Source of the DNA: Nostoc sp.
GTDB lineage: Bacteria > Cyanobacteriota > Cyanobacteriia > Cyanobacteriales > Nostocaceae
Direction: 5' to 3'
DNA length: 64,000 nucleotides
Assembly (NCBI GenBank): GCA_036918135.1
Contig: JBALDB010000009.1
Coordinates: 32,001 to 96,000 of the forward strand
Of this stretch, positions 57,872-64,000 are shown one piece after another. A model generated the notes under the pieces. That model was not told the DNA's origin and ran no database searches. It saw nothing but the letters and a program-made list of their open reading frames with translations. The translations under genes and the position numbers were made by a program. Each line of letters starts with the position of its first letter. Position 1 is the first letter of the stretch.

Positions 57872-58429
57872 TTAGCGTACATCGCTTTTTAACTCTACTT
57901 TTTGCCCAGCGATCGAATTAGATTTTGAGTCTGAGGTGATGATACTAATCCTACCATCAGCTTCCATATATGCCAACTTAACATCAGCTAAAAATTCCAC
58001 ACCTTGCTAACGTAATTTGCTCATCAATTCCTCTTCTGTAATTAACTCTCGTTGCAGATGTCGTTGAATCATCCGACCATTTTTTACCAACAATAGCGGT
58101 GGCGGATTCATAAAGCGTTGAAACTGGGGAATTTTGTAGCCTAACCACTTCAGCAAGTAGCTCCAAAAAATTACAGTTGCTACCAGAATAGCACCTTCAG
58201 TAATTGATGTATAATTACTGGCCATAGCATTTTGGGCAGCTTCAGCAAATAGTACAACTACCAATAAATCTGTAATTCCTAGAGTTCCTAGTTGCCGACT
58301 AGGAAGAAAGCGTAGCACTGAGAACAGCGCTAAGTAAACCAGCGACCCGCGTATAATCAATTCCAAGACGCTGATACTAGGAACAAAAATTGCTTGCCAA
58401 TTGATAAAAAACAATTTGTTAATTAACAT
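57872..58429 (-). pseudogene. DUF421/YetF membrane protein interrupted by an in-frame TAG
   Basis: ...LMSKLR*QGVEFLADVKLAYMEADGRISII... continues in frame to TAA at 57872. Confidence 0.8.
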
Positions 58430-58753
58430 TAATTTTTCTGTTAATGCATTTAAATATAATTTTAAATATTAAAAGTATCTATATAACTTTGCAATTTTTG
58501 TTGAAAATTTTATAGTTTTTACTCAAATTTTAGGAATATATAATTTGTATATATTGTATTATTTTTATTATTTTATTTGTCAAAACTCTTAGTGCTTGAA
58601 AAAAGGAAAAACGCAATATTTTGATAAGATAAACCTCTCGCATCTAAAGCTGTTCCATTTTTTAGGTTATTTTTTATAAGAGTATCATATTGAATAACTT
58701 TTTGAATATTAGCCCATGCAATCAGAGGTGGTGTCAACAACCATTCTGTTGTC

Positions 58754-58951
58754 ATATCATGTCTGGCTAATCACTTGTAATATGTCTGAAGTAAGTGCAA
58801 CGAAGTGAAACGTACCACTTCGTGAAAGCAAGCTACACAAAGCGTCTCGTAAGAGAAGCAATCTACTTGGTCTTGTATGATTGCTTCAGTTCGTACCCTA
58901 CAGGAATGCCAAGGGTAAACGCAATGACAAGTATGCCTCAGAACATGATAT
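58754..58951. repeat. Element with family-A-like ends but a different interior
   Basis: ATATCATGTCTGGCTAAT...AGAACATGATAT. Confidence 0.55.
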
Positions 58952-59147
58952 CAGTAGCATATTCGCTATTTAAGTGCGATCGCTCCAGTTACAATCCTAG
59001 CGTTTAATCAGTTTAGCTTGTGAATGTGAAATATAACAGTAAAATTTGTACTGTCATATTGAGGGAGCAATTTTGCAGCTTATCCGATTTTAGAGACCAA
59101 TCAACTATATAGGAGTTAACTGAAGATTTATCTCCAGTTTTAAATAA

Positions 59148-60182
59148 TTAATAATGCTGGGTTCTTCTTCTAGATTTCAAACGTTTTGGTTTGGAGAAAT
59201 ATCGGATTAAGCGACTCATTAATTTAGAAAAGGACTGTTTATTATTGTTATTTTGCTTTTTAGGAGCAGTACTATTGTTGTTCGTCCCTTGATTAGTAGA
59301 AGTTTTATTATTCATAGGTACGGCATTTTTTGTTGGGGTAATGCCGCTTCCATGCCTTCTGGCATAAACTTGGGTAAACTCCGCACCAAAGAAAAGAATC
59401 TGTGCTGCATAATTAACCCACGCTAGGATAATAACCAGTGAACCCGCAGCACCATAAGCTGAACCAAAACTGCCATTACCTAAATATTGTCCTAACAAAA
59501 ACCTGCCAATGGAAAACAAAAATGAGGTAAGAATAGCTCCAATTAAAACATCACTCCAAGCAATTTTGACATCTGGTAAAACTTTAAAAATTAGTCCAAA
59601 CAGAAATGTCGTGATGGCAAAAGAAATGAGAAAATTAAGAATTTTCCAGAGGAAATCGACACCTGGTATTAAGTTACTAAAATATGTTGATAATGCTGCT
59701 AATCCCGTACTAATTACCAGAGAAACTAAAAGTAAAAAGCCAATCCCTATTATCATTGCAAATGACAAAAAGCGTAAGCGAATAATGTTAGTTACGCCTT
59801 GTCCAGGTTTTGGTTTCACTTCCCAAATCGTGTTGAGAGAATCTTGTAACTCGGTAAATAAACCAGTAGCACCCAATAGCAAAACTACAACACTAATAAT
59901 CGAAGCGATCGCTCCTGTCTGTGGTTTGTTAGCATTGTTAATAGCTGTTTGGATAAATTCTGCCCCACTTTTGCCGACTAAACCTTGAATTTGTCCAACG
60001 ATTTGACCCCTTGCCGCCTCTTCTCCGAATGCTGCGCCTGCGATCGCAATTACAATAATTAGCAAAGGTGCAATAGAAAAAATCGTGTAATAAGCTAAGG
60101 CCGCCGCTAACCGAGAGGCTTTATCTTCACTCCATTCTTGAAACGTCTCTTGGAACAGTTGCCAAATTGCCTGCAAATTCAT
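59148..60182 (-). CDS. YihY/virulence factor BrkB family membrane protein
   Basis: AAALAYYTIFSIAP, LNTIW, YGAAGSL...WVNY....FFGAE. Confidence 0.92.
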   Translation of the reverse strand: MNLQAIWQLFQETFQEWSEDKASRLAAALAYYTIFSIAPLLIIVIAIAGAAFGEEAARGQIVGQIQGLVGKSGAEFIQTAINNANKPQTGAIASIISVVVLLLGATGLFTELQDSLNTIWEVKPKPGQGVTNIIRLRFLSFAMIIGIGFLLLVSLVISTGLAALSTYFSNLIPGVDFLWKILNFLISFAITTFLFGLIFKVLPDVKIAWSDVLIGAILTSFLFSIGRFLLGQYLGNGSFGSAYGAAGSLVIILAWVNYAAQILFFGAEFTQVYARRHGSGITPTKNAVPMNNKTSTNQGTNNNSTAPKKQNNNNKQSFSKLMSRLIRYFSKPKRLKSRRRTQHY

Positions 60183-60445
60183 TGAGTCAGTCTCCTTGTA
60201 AGGGATGTTGCTTAGTCCCTGATATATTTGATACTGATTTGCTAATTAGCCACATCTTCCCAAGGGCGTTAGTGTCACCTCCTTTAGGAGGATTTTAATC
60301 AGAAAGAGAGCATAACTGAAATCATTGTAGTAATCAAATTATCAAGTCCAATCGTCCAAAACTAAATTCACTACTTGACAAAAATCACGGTTATTTCGTG
60401 TAACCAAAATTCCATTTTATGAAAGTGCGTAGGAATTCTTCTGTA

Positions 60446-61216
60446 TCATTCATTTCCCAAGTACGCTTCAATTACAGCTGGGTTATTTCTAACTATAGAG
60501 GGTTCACCTAAGGCAATTAATTGTCCAAAATCTAAAACAGCAATGCGATCGCATAAACCCATCACCAAAGGTACATGATGTTCAATCAGGACTATTGTCA
60601 AATTAAACTGTTCTCGCAAACTACAAATAAATTCACTTAGTTGCTGCTTTTCGTTGGGGTTCATTCCCGCAGCAGGTTCATCGAGAAGTAAAATTTGCGG
60701 TTCTAGAGCTAAAGCACGGGCAATTTCTAAGCGACGTTGGTCACCATAGGCGAAGTTTTTAGCTTTTTCCTCAGCGCGATCGCTCAAGCCCACCATCTCC
60801 AATAATTGTAAAGCTTTTCGCCTGCTTTTTTTCTCTTCTCGACGCGCTAGTGGTAATCCCAAAACTCCTGTTAATACATTACTTTTATTACGCAAATGTC
60901 GGGCACTTACTACATTTTCTAAGGCAGATAATTCACCAAATAAACGAATATTTTGAAAAGTCCGAGCAATACCTAAACTCGCAATTTGATGCGGGCGTAG
61001 TCGGGAAATATTTGCGCCTTGATAGCGTAATTCTCCACTAGAAAGGGGAATAAAAGCTGTAATCAAATTAAATAGTGTTGTTTTCCCAGCACCGTTAGGG
61101 CCAATCAGTCCAAAAATCTCATGTTGATTGACTGTAAAAGATACATTATTCACCGCTACTAAACCTCCAAAGCGGCGAGTCAATGATTTGGCTTCTAAAA
61201 TAATGTTATTTGTCAT
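60446..61216 (-). CDS. livG: Branched-chain/neutral amino acid ABC transporter ATPase
   Basis: GPNGAGKTT, ARTFQN, LDEPAAG, IEHH, VIEAYLG. Confidence 0.9.
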   Translation of the reverse strand: MTNNIILEAKSLTRRFGGLVAVNNVSFTVNQHEIFGLIGPNGAGKTTLFNLITAFIPLSSGELRYQGANISRLRPHQIASLGIARTFQNIRLFGELSALENVVSARHLRNKSNVLTGVLGLPLARREEKKSRRKALQLLEMVGLSDRAEEKAKNFAYGDQRRLEIARALALEPQILLLDEPAAGMNPNEKQQLSEFICSLREQFNLTIVLIEHHVPLVMGLCDRIAVLDFGQLIALGEPSIVRNNPAVIEAYLGNE

Positions 61217-61284
61217 TGGGCTGCGGCTTTAATCAAATCGGCTGCTTTTTCACCAATCATAATTGTCAGTGTAATTATGTTTCC
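61213..61284 (-). pseudogene. C-terminal remnant of a GMC oxidoreductase
   Basis: GNIITLTIMIGEKAADLIKAAAQ* resembles the GMC end GNTNAPTIMIxEKAADLI; stop overlaps the livG ATG. Confidence 0.7.
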
Positions 61285-61327
61285 TATATCAGCCATCAGT
61301 CAGTAACTTCAAGTGGTTGTGTTTATT

Positions 61328-62302
61328 TCATGGAGTTCCTGAACTTGTTTGCTTTGATGTTTTAAAAATTAACTTCATTAATAGCTTTTTACACTTTTTT
61401 AAAATATCTGGCGTGACAAATCCTTGAGGAAAAAATATAGTCCCTAAAATTATTAAACAACCATAAATAATTAATCTTCCGTCGCGTAAAAATTGGGCTA
61501 ACCAATTGGGTAAACCTGCTATATCAGCTATTCTTCGCAGAATAATTTCTAATAAAACCTTCAAAACAATAGCACCTACCACCGAACCTAAAAAAGTTCT
61601 AGAACCACCAATTAAAACAATAGTTAAATAGGTAATACTAGCATCAAAAGTACCTTGTCGAGCATTCCAGGTATTGAGAAAATGAGCGCTGATTACACCT
61701 ACAATTCCAGCAAGAATTGCCCCAAGAGTAAACGCTAAAACTTTATAGTAAGTGGGGTTAATTCCCATTGCACTGGCAGCTAATTCGTCTTCGCGGATGG
61801 CAATAAATGCCCGACCTGTGCGAATGCGTTCTAAACGGTAAAATAATACCATACTAATTAATAGTAATGGCAGAGCAATCCATAAATATTCAAGTTGACT
61901 GGGGAATGGTTGAGGAATACCAAAAATCCCTACAGCACCGCCTGTAATATCTAGATTTAAGGATACAACTCGCAATACTTCTACAAAAGCAATAGTGGCG
62001 ATCGCTAAATAAATTCCCCGCAATCTTAATGCCGGAATTCCTACTACTATAGCTAATATACCAGAAACTAAACCAGCAATTAACATTTCCAATAACAGTA
62101 ATGGAATCGGAAATAAATTATTACTAGATGGAAAAACTTTTGTAGATAAAATTGCTGCGATATATCCACCTAAAGCATAAAATCCCGGACTAGCCAAAGA
62201 CAATTGTCCAGCCATCAATGGTAAATAAAGCGATAATCCTAATAAAGCCTCCAATACCATGTAAACTATTGGTGATTCATAAGTAGAAAAAAATTCAGCC
62301 AT
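61328..62302 (-). CDS. livM: Branched-chain amino acid ABC permease
   Basis: GQLSL...F.ALGGY, LRLRGIYLAIAT, AIREDELAASAMG. Confidence 0.9.
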   Translation of the reverse strand: MAEFFSTYESPIVYMVLEALLGLSLYLPLMAGQLSLASPGFYALGGYIAAILSTKVFPSSNNLFPIPLLLLEMLIAGLVSGILAIVVGIPALRLRGIYLAIATIAFVEVLRVVSLNLDITGGAVGIFGIPQPFPSQLEYLWIALPLLLISMVLFYRLERIRTGRAFIAIREDELAASAMGINPTYYKVLAFTLGAILAGIVGVISAHFLNTWNARQGTFDASITYLTIVLIGGSRTFLGSVVGAIVLKVLLEIILRRIADIAGLPNWLAQFLRDGRLIIYGCLIILGTIFFPQGFVTPDILKKCKKLLMKLIFKTSKQTSSGTP

Positions 62303-62350
62303 TGTAAAATATTTTGATAAGCTTAATCAAGTTATCACTTTTCTCAATTT

Positions 62351-62953
62351 TTAAGCTGTTAATATTTGCTCTGCTGTCAGCGCCAGTTCAGGAAAAGTTT
62401 GCGACACAATTCGTTCGGAACCTTTAAAGTGTGTGCGTTGGTATTTACCCTGAGCATCTAGTAGAAAAACAAACACAGTCGCAACTTTAGGATTTCCTAA
62501 ATACTCTCTTGAACCAATTGCCAAATAATCTACAATCCAATATTCTGTAATACCTAAGCGTTGATATTCATCTAATTTATCAATGTAGTCATCTTCCCAA
62601 TTAGTTGATGTCACCTTTATAGCCAACTGGATAGGTTCTTCAAGTGCAGAATAAGCAGAACGATTTGAGCGCCATACATCTTTATCTATTACACTAACAT
62701 CAGGCTTACGCCCTTGCTCTATTCCATTAGCAGTGATAGTTCTCAAAACTCCTGTGTTATTGACTACATAATTTAGGTTTAGTCGTCTAATTTCATCATT
62801 GAAACCAAACAATATAAAATTAGCGACATCATCATGATTTCTAGTTGCACGCACTTCTACAATTTCTCCATCCACAAGTTCATATAAACCTGACTCTGGA
62901 CACTGTTCCAAAAAATCATCAAAAGTTAATTTTTGTTTGGTGTATGTTTTCAT
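62351..62953 (-). CDS. Uma2-family endonuclease
   Basis: YELVDG, RKPDVSV, LAIKVTS (usual E replaced by K), EYQRLGITEYWIVD. Confidence 0.85.
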   Translation of the reverse strand: MKTYTKQKLTFDDFLEQCPESGLYELVDGEIVEVRATRNHDDVANFILFGFNDEIRRLNLNYVVNNTGVLRTITANGIEQGRKPDVSVIDKDVWRSNRSAYSALEEPIQLAIKVTSTNWEDDYIDKLDEYQRLGITEYWIVDYLAIGSREYLGNPKVATVFVFLLDAQGKYQRTHFKGSERIVSQTFPELALTAEQILTA

Positions 62954-62967
62954 AGTGCTACGTCTTT

Positions 62968-63918
62968 TTAAACTTTCTGAATAAACCGACGACCTAGCAA
63001 ACCTTGGGGTCTAACTAACAACATGATAAATAATATTCCATAGGCTACAGCGTCTTTATAACCGGAATATTCCGCCGGCACAAAAGCTTCAACTAATCCA
63101 ATAACCAATCCTCCTAAAACTGCGCCGGGAATGCTACCCAAACCACCTAAGACAATTACTGCTAAACCCCTTAAACCAAAGGCAATGCCGAAATATGGCC
63201 CAGCAATACTAACACTAGAAGCGACTAAAGTTCCTGCTAATCCTGCTAAAAAACTGCTGATAAAGAATGTTAAGATAATAAAGCGATCGCTATTAATTCC
63301 TAATAAACTAGCAGTTGTGGCATCCTCGGCGATCGCTTGTATTGCTTTACCATATTTTGTCCGATTGATAAAATAGCTGAGAATTGCCACAATCGCTACT
63401 GATACAGCAAAAATTACTATCTGAACGGTGCGAATGGGAATTTCTTTGTCTTCAGTACCAAAGTTAATAGAAGGTGGTAAATTACCATAAGTATTTGCTG
63501 GGTAAGTGTAACTTTCCGCCCCCACTAAATACTGAATTAAATTTACAATCACCACTGCCACTCCCAAGCTAGAAACAACAGTTAGTAAAGGGTCAGATCC
63601 TTGACGCCGTAGAGGTTGAAAAGCAACCCGTTCCATCACTACCCCTACCAATCCCGCTAAGCTACTTCCTAAAATCAAAGCTATAGCAAATGGTAATTTT
63701 ATCGGCAAGGCTGCATTAGCTAATAAGCCGTTAAATCCAAAGTTACCACCCATGAGTGTATAAGTGAAATATGCACCTAACGTAAAAATTGCCCCATGAG
63801 CTAAATTAATAATGCCTAAAATAGAATAAACCAAGGTATATCCTAAGGCAAAAATTGCATAAACACTGCCAATGGATAAACCATTTAATAATTGCTGTAA
63901 AAATAGACTGATATTCAT
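62968..63918 (-). CDS. livH: Branched-chain amino acid ABC permease
   Basis: NGLSIGSVYAIFALGYTL...INLAHG, GGLGSIPGA, RPQGLLG. Confidence 0.9.
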   Translation of the reverse strand: MNISLFLQQLLNGLSIGSVYAIFALGYTLVYSILGIINLAHGAIFTLGAYFTYTLMGGNFGFNGLLANAALPIKLPFAIALILGSSLAGLVGVVMERVAFQPLRRQGSDPLLTVVSSLGVAVVIVNLIQYLVGAESYTYPANTYGNLPPSINFGTEDKEIPIRTVQIVIFAVSVAIVAILSYFINRTKYGKAIQAIAEDATTASLLGINSDRFIILTFFISSFLAGLAGTLVASSVSIAGPYFGIAFGLRGLAVIVLGGLGSIPGAVLGGLVIGLVEAFVPAEYSGYKDAVAYGILFIMLLVRPQGLLGRRFIQKV

Positions 63919-63925
63919 CTAGCAA

Positions 63926-64000
63926 CTATTTTAAAAATGTAAATTTACCTTGACTTCCGTCTTTTTCCATTTTAATTTGAGCTACATAGAAATCTTTTTG
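63926..64000 (-). CDS. 3' end of the upstream gene, probably the ABC substrate-binding protein (partial)
   Basis: QKDFYVAQIKMEKDGSQGKFTFLK* stops 7 bp before livH. Confidence 0.55.
   Translation of the reverse strand, partial: QKDFYVAQIKMEKDGSQGKFTFLK

Noticed and set aside
57872..58429. Pyrrolysine or genome-wide TAG recoding
   Set aside because: TAG is a normal stop elsewhere (e.g. purB) and no pyl genes are present
1..64000. CRISPR array or cas genes
   Set aside because: No regularly spaced repeat-spacer series; repeats are heptamers, MITE-like or coding

Overview
Filamentous, Nostocales-like cyanobacterial chromosome (frequent HIP1 GCGATCGC, heptamer tandem repeats, hemH with a CAB tail). 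The window has two parts. (1) 1-30266 is the right part of an integrated prophage/ICE-like element. It ends at a duplicated 3' half of tRNA-Cys (30220-30266, probable attR). It carries two cell-wall enzymes, a CmoA-like enzyme with two ParB-N proteins, an SF2 helicase, tail/adhesin-like genes, a ferritin-like protein, a multidomain ParB-HTH protein and a divergent regulator pair. Its central same-strand gene run (6170-13351) encodes an element-borne DnaN sliding clamp, an N6-adenine MTase and a PRTRC-type ubiquitin-like cassette (Ubl, E2, JAB, E1). The strongest leads are: QL[S/N]LF-type clamp-binding motifs on the genes around the clamp, a Ubl made as a C-terminally extended precursor, and a 16-bp palindrome CAGGAAAATTTTCCTG seen three times, only in the element (parS-like). 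(2) 30267-64000 is host DNA: stress/desiccation-type genes, aqpZ, an AsnB-like/propeptide/S8 protease block, thiC with a TPP riboswitch, hemH, purB, an amino-acid ABC operon, several pseudogene remnants and three small dispersed repeat families. All product calls come from motif recognition by eye; no database searches were run.
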